Source: Candidatus Avelusimicrobium gallicola
GTDB taxonomy: Bacteria > Elusimicrobiota > Elusimicrobia > Elusimicrobiales > UBA9959
Assembly: GCA_020722185.1 (NCBI GenBank)
Contig: DYLH01000003.1
Coordinates: 4,377 to 68,376 of the forward strand
Length of the DNA stretch: 64,000 nucleotides
Direction of reading: 5' to 3'
Positions within the stretch are counted from its first letter, which is position 1, and each line of letters opens with the position of its first letter. The position numbers and the translations under genes were made by a program. This document shows positions 17,378 to 27,032 of this stretch, one piece after another. The notes below the pieces were generated by a model. It had not been told where the DNA came from, ran no database searches, and was given only the letters and a program-made list of their open reading frames with translations.

Positions 17378-18895
17378 TTATCCTCTCAAAAACCACAAGA
17401 ACAAGAAGGAAACAAACATAGAAGATAGGAAAAAAATTTGCGAAGGAATAAGCAGTTTTTTAAGCTGAGGAGACTCATCCTTTTCAGTTTCTTTTGAACC
17501 AAAAAGTGTAGAGAAAAATATTCTGCCGAGTCCACCGAATATGATTATAAAAGCCAATATTATGAAAATCGCAGTATAGTAATTCCCCGAAGAAAGGAAA
17601 GCTTTTATAAGGAAAAATTTTGGCAAAAATAAAGGCGATGGCGGCGCTCCGGAAAGAAGTATAAATCCTATAAACCACACAGCAGACATAGTCGGTGTTT
17701 TTTCAACCATAGATTCAATGTCTGAAAACTTTTTGCTTTTATATTGAAAAAAGACCAAACCAGCCAAAAAAAACATACCTGACTTTATCAAAGAATGTCC
17801 AATAGCATTTATAAAAATAAACTGTTTTGTGTTTTCATATCCGGCAATTGAGGATATGCCCAATAATAGGCACATCAAACCCATATTCTCCACACTTGAA
17901 TACGCAAGAGCCCTTTTATACTCTCGCTGATTTATTATGAAAACAGCAGAAATAAAAAGGGTAAATATACCGAAAACAACCATAATTGAAGATGAAAAAG
18001 ATTCAAGACCTGCTGATGAAACTATTAGATGAGATTTCCATATGGCCAAAAATGCGCAATTTAGCAATGCCCCGGAAAGAAGAGCAGAGACCATTGAAGG
18101 AGCTTCGCTGTGCGCGTCTGGAAGCCATGTGTGCATAGGCGACAGTCCCATCTTTGTCCCATATCCGACAAACAAAAATATAAAGGCAAGTTTAAGCCAA
18201 AGTGTATTAAAGGAATTTGTTGAATATAAATCAGATATATAGAGGGAACCGCCTGAAGAAGAAGCCGCAATAGAAAGAAAGAATGTGCCCAATAAAGCTA
18301 TGGCTATCCCTACTGAGCACACAACTAAATACTTCCATGTTGCCTCAAGGGATTTTCTGCTTCTGTGAAAATATATCAAGGGAGCAGAAAAAAGCGTGGT
18401 GGCTTCTATGGCTGCCCACAAAAGGCCCATATGATTGGAAAAGCACACAAGGGTCATCGAAGCAAGAAATAAAAGCATAAAACCAGAGAAAACCGTCTCA
18501 GGCTCATCATTTATTATAAATCCCTCTTCATCTTTCCTTATGTTTTTTTCTTCCATAGGCAAATATCCCATAACATAGTAGGATGCGCCTAGAAAAAGCA
18601 AGGATACTATCATAAGAAAAACTGCATTTTCAACATTTCCAGAAAAAGAGGAAATAAAAAGCGAATTTGAATTTGAAATAGAAATATTGTCAATGTATAA
18701 TTGAGGGAAAACAAGAAGGGCTGAAACAAGAAAGTGGAAAAATCCAGCAATAAATAGCACGCTTCTTTTCTGAGAATTAGATCTAAGTAAAAAGCAGATT
18801 ATACTGGCAATAATGGGCATGATGATTAAAAAAAGCGAAAATTCCTTAAAGCAAGATATAGAACAATCTCTCAATAAATCAATAATTGAAATCAT
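17378..18895 (-). CDS. hyfF: HyfF/NuoN-like antiporter-type membrane subunit
   Basis: 505 aa polytopic. Proton-conducting-membrane-transporter motifs (WLPDAHSEAPSMVSALLSGALLNCA). ATGA overlap with the upstream gene. Confidence 0.85.
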   Translation of the reverse strand: MISIIDLLRDCSISCFKEFSLFLIIMPIIASIICFLLRSNSQKRSVLFIAGFFHFLVSALLVFPQLYIDNISISNSNSLFISSFSGNVENAVFLMIVSLLFLGASYYVMGYLPMEEKNIRKDEEGFIINDEPETVFSGFMLLFLASMTLVCFSNHMGLLWAAIEATTLFSAPLIYFHRSRKSLEATWKYLVVCSVGIAIALLGTFFLSIAASSSGGSLYISDLYSTNSFNTLWLKLAFIFLFVGYGTKMGLSPMHTWLPDAHSEAPSMVSALLSGALLNCAFLAIWKSHLIVSSAGLESFSSSIMVVFGIFTLFISAVFIINQREYKRALAYSSVENMGLMCLLLGISSIAGYENTKQFIFINAIGHSLIKSGMFFLAGLVFFQYKSKKFSDIESMVEKTPTMSAVWFIGFILLSGAPPSPLFLPKFFLIKAFLSSGNYYTAIFIILAFIIIFGGLGRIFFSTLFGSKETEKDESPQLKKLLIPSQIFFLSSMFVSFLFLWFLRG

Positions 18896-19554
18896 TTCTG
18901 CGCCTCTTCTTCAAATACTTCTCTGAGCTCGCCCAGACTGTCGCTGTCAGAATCTTTGAACTCCCTACCTATATGGAAAACGGCCATACCCATCACGAAT
19001 ATCGCCACGAAAATATCAAGCAGTATGGCGGCCTCAACCATCAAAGGTTGATGAATAAAAATAGCCGTTCCAAAACAATAAATGCCATTTTCTAGGACAA
19101 TATATCCCGTTATCTGGGAAACAGTCTGACTTTTCAATATTATTGTCAGAAAACCGCAGAATATGGTCATAAAAGAAGCCGGCAATATCCACGCGGAAGT
19201 TTCAACATCAAAATTGAGTCTTGTTGACAGCCACACGGAAACAAAAAAAATTAAAAGATACATAGACCAAGAAATGTGACCGTAGTATTCCCTTCTTTTT
19301 TCTTCATAAGCCGAGTTTTTCACAATTATTTTTTTTAGTATTGAAGGGAAAAAAAATCCTTTAAGTATTATCACAATTAGTGCAAAAATGAATGGTTCAA
19401 AAAAGAATTCTCTTGAATTAAGCAAAGGAAGAAAGGCCGCAAGCACGCCCTGAATGGCCGCCAGATCCACCAGCCTCTTAGTTGAGTGTGAAAAGAGGAG
19501 AAAGAAATTGCAAAATATTATAGCCAGTATGAGAAATTGTGATATAGTCTCCAT
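18892..19554 (-). CDS. hyfE: HyfE-like membrane subunit
   Basis: 220 aa, NuoK-like repeats, TGYIVLENGIYCFG motif typical of hydrogenase-4 component E. Confidence 0.8.
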   Translation of the reverse strand: METISQFLILAIIFCNFFLLFSHSTKRLVDLAAIQGVLAAFLPLLNSREFFFEPFIFALIVIILKGFFFPSILKKIIVKNSAYEEKRREYYGHISWSMYLLIFFVSVWLSTRLNFDVETSAWILPASFMTIFCGFLTIILKSQTVSQITGYIVLENGIYCFGTAIFIHQPLMVEAAILLDIFVAIFVMGMAVFHIGREFKDSDSDSLGELREVFEEEAQK

Positions 19555-19556
19555 AT

Positions 19557-20477
19557 CTATCCTTTTAAACTCTGAAAGACAAAAGCCATAATCGCCACCG
19601 AAAAAGCCGCCAATAGAAACTGAGGAACTCGCAAAAGCCTAACCCTTGCCATAACAGATTCCACAACTCCGGCCGATATGGCAACAATAGCTAGGCCGCT
19701 TATATAAATCAAAGAATCCAGCCAGAAAATTTCGCTATGTCTTGGCATTATTATGGCAGATACGAAAGAGCCTAAAATCCACAATTTAATGGCAGAAGCG
19801 TAAAAAATCAAACCTAGATCTGGTCCAGAATTGTCCAGGACCATAACCTCATGTATCATAGTCAGTTCAAGATGTGTATCAGGGTCGTCAAATGGCACTC
19901 TGGAGGTCTCACAGAGCATAACAATAAAAAGGGAGAGAACTATTAAAAAAAGCACAGGAGCATTTTCAACCCATAGGACTGGGCTAAGTTTTGAAAAAAT
20001 TCCATGCACCGAACTTTCCCCAGTTATTTTTGACAGTGTCAGTATAGACATAAAAAAGACTGGTTCAGCAAATACAGCAAATTGCGCTTCTCTTGACGCG
20101 CCCATACCTTCGAAAGGCGAGCCAGTATCCATAGCAGATATTATCAGAAGAAAACGCGAAAGCGCCAAAAGATAGACTATAAGTATAAAATCCCCACTGA
20201 AACTCAAAAGCCCGCTTTGTCCTCCAAAAGGCATTATCAAAGCCGCAATACAAGAAAGCGCTGCCATAGCGGGAGCGGCTATCCTAAAAATCAAAGTTGT
20301 CGTATTAGAATACACTATGCCCTTATTAAAGAGTTTGTAAATATCAAAGTAAAGCTGAAAAATATTTCTCCCCTGTCTCCCGCCAAAAAATGCCTTAACC
20401 CTATTTATTATTCCGGGAAGAATAGGCGCGGCAAAAAGAATTATTACAGCCTGTAAAAAAAGTTTTATATTTTCCAT
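19557..20477 (-). CDS. hyfC: HycD/HyfC/NuoH-like membrane subunit
   Basis: 306 aa. NuoH-family pattern (CETSRVPFDDPDTHLELTMIHEVM). Confidence 0.85.
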   Translation of the reverse strand: MENIKLFLQAVIILFAAPILPGIINRVKAFFGGRQGRNIFQLYFDIYKLFNKGIVYSNTTTLIFRIAAPAMAALSCIAALIMPFGGQSGLLSFSGDFILIVYLLALSRFLLIISAMDTGSPFEGMGASREAQFAVFAEPVFFMSILTLSKITGESSVHGIFSKLSPVLWVENAPVLFLIVLSLFIVMLCETSRVPFDDPDTHLELTMIHEVMVLDNSGPDLGLIFYASAIKLWILGSFVSAIIMPRHSEIFWLDSLIYISGLAIVAISAGVVESVMARVRLLRVPQFLLAAFSVAIMAFVFQSLKG

Positions 20478-22387
20478 AAAATTAAAGCTAACAAAGACAA
20501 AAATATGTAAAGAACATACATCCTGAGGTTTCCGCCGTGAATAAAGGAGAAAAAGGATGCCATCTTTCTCATCTTATCAATAGATGGTTTATATAAAGTT
20601 TCATAGAAAAAAGCTCTTGGATGGCTTGAATAAGAATTGTCAGAAGGAAAATATCCTCTTATCGCAGGGTATGAAGCCGAGGGCGGATTTATTATTGAAA
20701 AGAATTCTATAAGAGGGTTGGCAAATGAAGAACCAGTATATTGTATTTTTGGCGAAGAGGCCAGATATCCGCAATCCCATGTAGGAGCTAAATCCACTCG
20801 ATTTTCAGATACTATCTTTCTTCTCATGAACATAAAAACTGCAAAAAAGAAAATAGCACATAGATAAGTCCCGGTAAAGAAGATAAAAATTCTAGATATT
20901 TCATGCCATACATGAGATTCAGTTAAAATGGGACTAAACTTACTAAACAGAAAATTAAACGAAAAGTACGGCAAAATGCCTATGAGTATAGAGAAAAAAG
21001 ACAGTATAGCCATACCCGCCCTCATATATTTTCCAGTTTCCACTACGCTTTCTGTTTTTATTTTTCTGGGCGAGCCTAAAAACATCACAGAAAAAGCTTT
21101 GGCAAAGCATGCAAGAGCCAAAGCTCCAGTTATGGAAAGCGCCAAAACTGAAAAAACAGTGAAAAGACTGTCTGAAGAAAGAGCTTTAAAGGAGCAATAA
21201 TAAATTATGAATTCGCTGACAAAGCCATTTAAGAAAGGAAGCCCTGAAATAGCGGCTGAAGCAATGAGAAAGAAAAAAGCTGTCTGAGGCATTTTCCTGG
21301 CAAGCCCGCCAAGTTCATCTATTTCCCCTATTCCAGATGCCTGCATTACAGATCCAGCAGACATAAACAAAAGAGATTTGAATATGGCATGATTTAATGT
21401 GTGCAAAAAAGCCGCGCAAAAAGAAAGCATTGAGAGTTCATTAAATCCTTTCAAATTAAGCAATATGCCAAGACCCATAGCTATCATTATTATGCCTATA
21501 TTTTCTATGCTGTGATAGGCAAGAAGCTTTTTTATATTGTGTTGAGCAAGAGCAAAAATTACCCCAAGTATGCTTGAAATTATCCCAATTAAAAGTATCG
21601 TCCAGCCCCACGACTGCTGCCATGGTGACAAGAGTGAAAGAGCCCTGAAAATCCCATAAATTCCCATTTTTATCATTATTCCACTCATCAAAGCAGAAAC
21701 ATTTCCGGGAGCGGCAGGGTGGGCCTCCGGCAGCCATATATGTAGAGGAATGAAACCAGCTTTCAAACCGAAACCCACAAGGAAAAAGAAAAAAGCCAAG
21801 GTAGAGCCTGACATTGCAGGCGCAAAATTAAAATATGAATCCGAGGTCAAGGAAAAGGCGGCTATAAGAAAAAGAGCCCCTGCGCCATTGGCGCAAAGAT
21901 ATATCAATCCGGCCTTTTGAACCTCCTTTTTTTTGTGGTCTGTCATAACAAGAAAGAAAGAGGAAAAAGCCATAAGCTCCCAAAAAAGCAGGAACAGAAA
22001 AGCATTCTTTGAAAGCAAAACTCCACACATAGAGAAGACCAAAATATGAAAATTCATCCAGAAAAAATTCAGCTGTTTTTTCTCTTCCATCTTTTTAAGG
22101 TAATCATTACCATATATTGAAACTGCGACAACAATCAAATAGAGCGCAAGAAGAAAAAAACAAGACACATAGTCCAAGCGGAAATAAGTTAGAAAAGATG
22201 AATTATTTATTGGGGAAAATTTACCACCATAGGAAAGTTCAGCTAAAGCTCCCCCAAAACCTATTAGAGAGGCAAAAAAAGAAATTACTGAATTGATGAA
22301 ATTTACTTTTCTATATTTTGAAAAAACTGATAAATTCAAAAAAGCGGCAAAAAGAAAAATCAAAGAAGATGCAATAATTATTGCCAT
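20465..22387 (-). CDS. hyfB: HycC/HyfB/NuoL-like antiporter-type membrane subunit
   Basis: 640 aa. WLPEAHPAAPGNVSALMSGIMIKMGIYG. C-terminal extension with WDCGY...QYTGSSFANP typical of HycC/HyfB. Confidence 0.87.
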   Translation of the reverse strand: MAIIIASSLIFLFAAFLNLSVFSKYRKVNFINSVISFFASLIGFGGALAELSYGGKFSPINNSSFLTYFRLDYVSCFFLLALYLIVVAVSIYGNDYLKKMEEKKQLNFFWMNFHILVFSMCGVLLSKNAFLFLLFWELMAFSSFFLVMTDHKKKEVQKAGLIYLCANGAGALFLIAAFSLTSDSYFNFAPAMSGSTLAFFFFLVGFGLKAGFIPLHIWLPEAHPAAPGNVSALMSGIMIKMGIYGIFRALSLLSPWQQSWGWTILLIGIISSILGVIFALAQHNIKKLLAYHSIENIGIIMIAMGLGILLNLKGFNELSMLSFCAAFLHTLNHAIFKSLLFMSAGSVMQASGIGEIDELGGLARKMPQTAFFFLIASAAISGLPFLNGFVSEFIIYYCSFKALSSDSLFTVFSVLALSITGALALACFAKAFSVMFLGSPRKIKTESVVETGKYMRAGMAILSFFSILIGILPYFSFNFLFSKFSPILTESHVWHEISRIFIFFTGTYLCAIFFFAVFMFMRRKIVSENRVDLAPTWDCGYLASSPKIQYTGSSFANPLIEFFSIINPPSASYPAIRGYFPSDNSYSSHPRAFFYETLYKPSIDKMRKMASFFSFIHGGNLRMYVLYIFLSLLALILWKI

Positions 22388-22574
22388 ACATGTCTATTAA
22401 GTTTCCTATATGACAATTGTACAATTTTTTAGAACTCTAGTTAAAGTAGAGCATAAGTTTGTTTGGGTTTGGTGGTTTGTCTTTTTTGCTCTTTTACACT
22501 TAAGCGCAGTGGAATCTTGTATCCATTCTCCTTTCAAGTCAAACCTTCAGCTAATTCTCTAATCCTCTGATTAT

Positions 22575-23168
22575 CTATTGAATTTTTTTATAGTCTGACA
22601 TTGTGTCAAAATCTCGAATTATTCCTTCATCCTCAACAATTATTTCTTTTATTTCCACATCAGGATGATGTGTGACCCAGTGCAATCCCTTTTCAAGTGC
22701 GCCTATCATGCAAAGCTTTCTAAATTTCTGAGGTATCACTATCGGATGACCTCTCTTATATTTTTGATCCCCCTCGAGTTTTTTTAGAAATTTAGGGATT
22801 ATTATTCGGTCTGGATTCTCAGCGGAAAAAGAGGCTATTTTCCAATATGTCTCTTCTTTTATTAGAGGTTGATCCACAAGACATATCATTATATCACCCT
22901 CTGGCATTGAAGAAGCTGCAATGCGGAGGGAATGAAGCTGTCCTAATTGAGGCTTGTCATTAAAAAAAATTTTTTCTCCTGAGGGCTGCCAGTATTTAAG
23001 GATTTCTTCTCTGTCTTTTCCAAGAACGACAGATATTTCTTTTACCCCCGCTTTTTTTATTGAGGAAATTATTATGTCAATAAATGTTCTGCCTTTTAAT
23101 TCAAGAATCGCTTTGGGTTTCCCCATTCTTGATGAATTGCCGGCGGCAAGTAATATGGCAGAAAGCAT
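22575..23168 (-). CDS. mocA: MobA/MocA/YgfJ-family molybdenum-cofactor nucleotidyltransferase (probable cytidylyltransferase)
   Basis: AILLAAGNSSRMGKPKAILELKG N-terminal NTP-transferase motif. 197 aa. ATG directly abuts the upstream stop. Confidence 0.8.
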   Translation of the reverse strand: MLSAILLAAGNSSRMGKPKAILELKGRTFIDIIISSIKKAGVKEISVVLGKDREEILKYWQPSGEKIFFNDKPQLGQLHSLRIAASSMPEGDIMICLVDQPLIKEETYWKIASFSAENPDRIIIPKFLKKLEGDQKYKRGHPIVIPQKFRKLCMIGALEKGLHWVTHHPDVEIKEIIVEDEGIIRDFDTMSDYKKIQ

Positions 23169-24542
23169 CTATCTAAGTCCCGCTTTTTTGTAAAGTTTCA
23201 CAGCTACTTTATCAGCTTTTCTTTTGAGTTCCAATTCATCTATATTTTTGAGCATTCCATCCTCCACTAAAATTTTGCCATTAACTATAGTGTATTTTGT
23301 TCTCTGTGATGTGCCGCAGAAAAGAAGTGAAGCGATAGGATCTGATATTGAGCCTGCGTAGTCCAGTTTATTTATATCAAATATAGCCAAATCCGCAGCC
23401 TTGCCAACCTCAATTGTTCCTATATCATTTCTCCCCAAAGTCTCAGCGCCGCCTTTTGTGGCAAGTTTCAAAGCCTCTCTGGCGCTCATTGAGGATACAC
23501 CAGACTTTACTCTTGAAACAAGCATAGCCTGTCTGGCTTCGGCAAGCATATTGGATGAATCATTGGAGGCAGAACCGTCCACTCCCAATCCAACAGGTAC
23601 GCCTTTGTCTAAAAACATTCTGATTGGAGCTATTCCAGAGCCAAGCCTGAGATTTGAGCAAGGACAATGGGCCACAGCAGTCTTGGTCTTAGCCATTTTA
23701 TCAGCCTCTTTTTCATTTATAAAAACGCTGTGAGCAAACCAGCTTCTCCCATTTTCAAGCCAGCCCACACTCTCCATATATTCAAGAGGCCTCATCTTAT
23801 AAACTTTTTTGCAGTATTCGTCTTCATCGGCTGTTTCAGCTAAATGAGTGTGCATTCTCACATCCATTTTCTCAGCCATTTCAGCTGTCAGCTTCAAAAG
23901 CTCTGTTGTAACTGAAAATGGCGAGCATGGGGCCATAGCGATATTTGTCATAGCAAATTTATTCCTATCGTGATATTTTGAGATAATCCTTTGACAGTCC
24001 TTCAATATGAAATCCTCTTTTTGAACCACTTCATCTGGCGGCAGTCCACCATTTGAGCGTCCGCGAGACATTGAACCTCTGGTAGCGGTAAATCTTATCC
24101 CGATTTCTTTCGCAGCTTCTATTTCCGCATCTATAAATCTGTCGCTTCCCTTAGCAGGGAAAAGATATAAATGATCTGAACTTGTGGTGCATCCTGTCAG
24201 AAGTAATTCTCCAAGTCCAGTCATTGCGCTTATATATATGGCGTCTTCGTCCACATATTTCCAAATATCATATAGATAAACCAACCAGTCAAAAAGCTTC
24301 GCATCCTGAACAGCTGGTAAATTTCTTGTCAGAGTCTGGTATAGATGGTGATGTGTATTCACCATGCCGGGCATTACAATACAATTTTTTGCGTCAATAA
24401 CCTTTTTTGCTTTGAGGCGAATATTCTTTCCTATTTTTTTTATCTCTGGACCTTCTATGTAAATGTCGCAATCTTTCAGCTCTCTTCCCTTATCATCCAT
24501 TGTAACCAAAAAGGAAATATTCTTAATTAGAATCGAATCCAT
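23169..24542 (-). CDS. ATZ/TRZ-family amidohydrolase (8-oxoguanine/guanine-deaminase-like)
   Basis: VMPGMVNTHHHLYQTLTRNLPAVQDAKLFDWL, HLAET, HCPCSNLRLGSG, LGVDGSASND. Confidence 0.8.
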   Translation of the reverse strand: MDSILIKNISFLVTMDDKGRELKDCDIYIEGPEIKKIGKNIRLKAKKVIDAKNCIVMPGMVNTHHHLYQTLTRNLPAVQDAKLFDWLVYLYDIWKYVDEDAIYISAMTGLGELLLTGCTTSSDHLYLFPAKGSDRFIDAEIEAAKEIGIRFTATRGSMSRGRSNGGLPPDEVVQKEDFILKDCQRIISKYHDRNKFAMTNIAMAPCSPFSVTTELLKLTAEMAEKMDVRMHTHLAETADEDEYCKKVYKMRPLEYMESVGWLENGRSWFAHSVFINEKEADKMAKTKTAVAHCPCSNLRLGSGIAPIRMFLDKGVPVGLGVDGSASNDSSNMLAEARQAMLVSRVKSGVSSMSAREALKLATKGGAETLGRNDIGTIEVGKAADLAIFDINKLDYAGSISDPIASLLFCGTSQRTKYTIVNGKILVEDGMLKNIDELELKRKADKVAVKLYKKAGLR

Positions 24543-24575
24543 AAGATCCTCCTTAAAAATTAAATCTGATCCAAT

Positions 24576-27032
24576 CTATTCTTTCAAAGCTTGCCTTTCT
24601 TTGGCTGTCCTTTCTCTCATAGTTAGCGCTCCAGTGAAACATTTCTGAGCGCATATGGAACATCCTACACATTTTGAAGGATCAAAATGAGGTATGCCCT
24701 TTTTATCAAGAGACACTGCCAGATATCCGCAATACGCGCAATTGCCACAATGAGCGCAAAGCTCTGCATTGACCTGAGGAATTTTCTTCTCGGCCGATAA
24801 ATCCATAAAACCTGTTACTATTTGAGGACGAGCTATACCTATCAACTGCTTTACAGAGGAAAGCCCCTTCTGCTCTAAGAGATGGCTTAAACCAGAATTT
24901 AACTCGTCTATTATGCCATATCCATATTTCATAACCACAGTACAAAACTGAACAGTTGAAGCTCCCATAGCAAGAAAATGAGCGGCCTCTTTATAGTCCA
25001 TAGCTCCGCCATTGCCTGAGATAACAATATCTATTTTTGACACTTTAGAAATTGTCAGATTACTTATGGGCGACACACCTTCGCCGCTCATACCTATTAC
25101 AATGCCCTCATCCCATTTTTTTTGTTTTCCAAAAGAAGGTCTAAATGCCAGAGCCGGAAAGGAATTAGCCAAAGTTATGCCTGCTTTCTTGTTGGGATAT
25201 TTATCATAAACTTTTTTTATTGCTTCAACTATCTGGTAAATTGAGGTAACAGCTCCGGTAAGCTTGAAAAGCTTTGGTATATCAGGACTTGAAACCTGCA
25301 TAACCCAATCTATTATTTTGGCGGACAATTCGGGGTCTTGGGAAACTATATCTCCCTTTGTGCCATCCCCCCCTTGAGGACAAGAAAGACTGTATTCTAT
25401 AACCATAGCTCCAGCTTTTTCAAGTTTGAGAGTGTTGTTCTGCCAGCCTTTTCTGTCAAAGTCATCATTGCCTGTCACCGGACCGCCTGTTGAAGCGCCA
25501 GTAAGCCTGTCTGGGAATTCTTCTCTCAGTCGCTTTATCTCTTCGCAAACTCTATCAAGGCTGTGGCCAGAAACATTGTCGCTATTGCCATATGTGGAGT
25601 CATTGAATTTAAACATATATTCGCCAGGGATATGTATGGGAACGCCATCAAAAGCAGTTTTCATTATTACGCCGGGCCAGCCAGCTTCATAGGCTTTTTT
25701 TACTTGCTCATATCCGTCTGAATGCGGCGCGGCTGAAATCAAAAAAGGAGATGACATTTTTATCCCAAAAAAATCAGTTTCAAGGCTAACTGGAAGCATA
25801 TCCCTACCCTCAAGGACATGCCTGCTCTTTACATTGTTCTCCACTTTTATGTTTTTGCCATTGATAAAAGCGTCAGCCTCGATAGCGGCATTTTTTCCAC
25901 TGGCAACGCATTCCACAACAGTTGAAGCCCCATTTTTCACATCGCCGGCATAAAAAATACCCGGTATTTTTTTAATATCAAAAACAGGCACATTTTTTAT
26001 CGCCAAAATCACAATATCAAAATCGTTTCTAATCTGTTCGCTTCCCTTAATATCTGCGGATTTTTCGTCAAGCCTTACCACTTTTATTCCATTGACCTTT
26101 CCACCTTTAAGCAATATAGCTATTATTCTGCTTTTCGCATTGATATTTATTCCTCTATAAAGTAAGTCTTGAAGCTCTTTTTTGGGCAATTGTATATCGC
26201 CTATATTTTTCCTCGTAAAGATTTCTGCTTTGACTGCGCCAGCATTCAGAGCTTCCATTGCGCAGTCAGCCGCCACCGCGCCACCGCCTATGACAGCGAT
26301 ATTTTTGCCTTTCAATTTCATTTTTTTAATATTGCGCAAAAATTCAAGACCTTCTATTCCCTTTTCTTCGTTGGGGATATTCAGCTTTATTTGCTTTTCA
26401 ACGCCAGCCGCTATTATCACAGCATCATATGAGGAGAGGAGTTTTTCAGGCTCTTTTACATCCTTTTTAAAGAATTTTATCTCACCAAGTTTCTGGATAA
26501 ATTCTAAATCTTTTTTAAGCATATCCTTGGGCAATCTTTCATCCGGAATAAGATTGGCAACACCGCCCATTTCTTTGCGCTTATCATATACATCCACTCT
26601 ATAACCTTTTTGCGCAAGCACTGCATAAGCGCCAAGTCCTGCCGCTCCAGAACCAATTACTGCAACTTTTTTCCCATTTAATTCAGGTTTTTTAAATTCT
26701 GGCATGACCCCCAATTCTCTGGCCTTTTTTATTATAGTGGCCTGCACTGGCTGTATCTCTATTGGATTGTCAAAAAGTTTTCTTGAACATGCTTTAACAC
26801 AAAACCAGTCGGGGCACACAGCTCCACAAACTCCACCCAGTGGATTGGCAGCCATTATGAGTTTAGCGGCTCTCTTAAAGTCGCCTTTTTCGCCATTTCT
26901 AACTGCCATGATGAAATCTGCAGGAGAACAATTTACAGGGCAAGCTTCCATACATGGTTTTTCTTTGCAATAAAGGCATCTATCAGCCTCAGATTTAAGT
27001 TTAGCCAAAGACAAAAATTCTTTCTTTTTCAT
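24576..27032 (-). CDS. Fused GltD/PreT-like NAD(P)H-flavin-FeS domain plus PreA/DHOD-like TIM barrel plus 2x[4Fe-4S] (dihydropyrimidine-dehydrogenase / YgfK-like)
   Basis: CLYCKEKPCMEACP; VAVIGSGAAGLGAY; IAVIGGGAVAADCA; FGIKMSSPFLISAAP; CAHCGNCAYC...CVGCSICAQKC. Start at ATG 27032 with GGAGAA upstream. Confidence 0.8.
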   Translation of the reverse strand: MKKKEFLSLAKLKSEADRCLYCKEKPCMEACPVNCSPADFIMAVRNGEKGDFKRAAKLIMAANPLGGVCGAVCPDWFCVKACSRKLFDNPIEIQPVQATIIKKARELGVMPEFKKPELNGKKVAVIGSGAAGLGAYAVLAQKGYRVDVYDKRKEMGGVANLIPDERLPKDMLKKDLEFIQKLGEIKFFKKDVKEPEKLLSSYDAVIIAAGVEKQIKLNIPNEEKGIEGLEFLRNIKKMKLKGKNIAVIGGGAVAADCAMEALNAGAVKAEIFTRKNIGDIQLPKKELQDLLYRGININAKSRIIAILLKGGKVNGIKVVRLDEKSADIKGSEQIRNDFDIVILAIKNVPVFDIKKIPGIFYAGDVKNGASTVVECVASGKNAAIEADAFINGKNIKVENNVKSRHVLEGRDMLPVSLETDFFGIKMSSPFLISAAPHSDGYEQVKKAYEAGWPGVIMKTAFDGVPIHIPGEYMFKFNDSTYGNSDNVSGHSLDRVCEEIKRLREEFPDRLTGASTGGPVTGNDDFDRKGWQNNTLKLEKAGAMVIEYSLSCPQGGDGTKGDIVSQDPELSAKIIDWVMQVSSPDIPKLFKLTGAVTSIYQIVEAIKKVYDKYPNKKAGITLANSFPALAFRPSFGKQKKWDEGIVIGMSGEGVSPISNLTISKVSKIDIVISGNGGAMDYKEAAHFLAMGASTVQFCTVVMKYGYGIIDELNSGLSHLLEQKGLSSVKQLIGIARPQIVTGFMDLSAEKKIPQVNAELCAHCGNCAYCGYLAVSLDKKGIPHFDPSKCVGCSICAQKCFTGALTMRERTAKERQALKE

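Noticed and set aside
15171-22387. Calling the six-gene module a bona fide hydrogenase-4 / formate hydrogenlyase
   Set aside because: The large subunit has no CxxC [NiFe] ligand motifs. There is no fdhF, hycB/hyfA, hyfD, hyfR, focB, hycI or hyp gene in the window. The call is kept at Hyf/Ehr-like module.
22388-22574. Small RNA, tRNA or peptide gene in the 187-nt spacer (for example the 8-codon ORF MDTRFHCA after AAGGAGA)
   Set aside because: The SD-to-ATG spacing is essentially zero, the ORF is trivially short, and there is no tRNA-like structure. There is no support beyond chance.
1991-27032. Selenocysteine (TGA) recoding in the molybdenum-hydroxylase / reductase genes
   Set aside because: I noticed no pair of same-frame ORFs separated by a single in-frame TGA, and all enzyme ORFs are full length. 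A labile-selenium cofactor (not Sec) remains possible but cannot be seen in the sequence.
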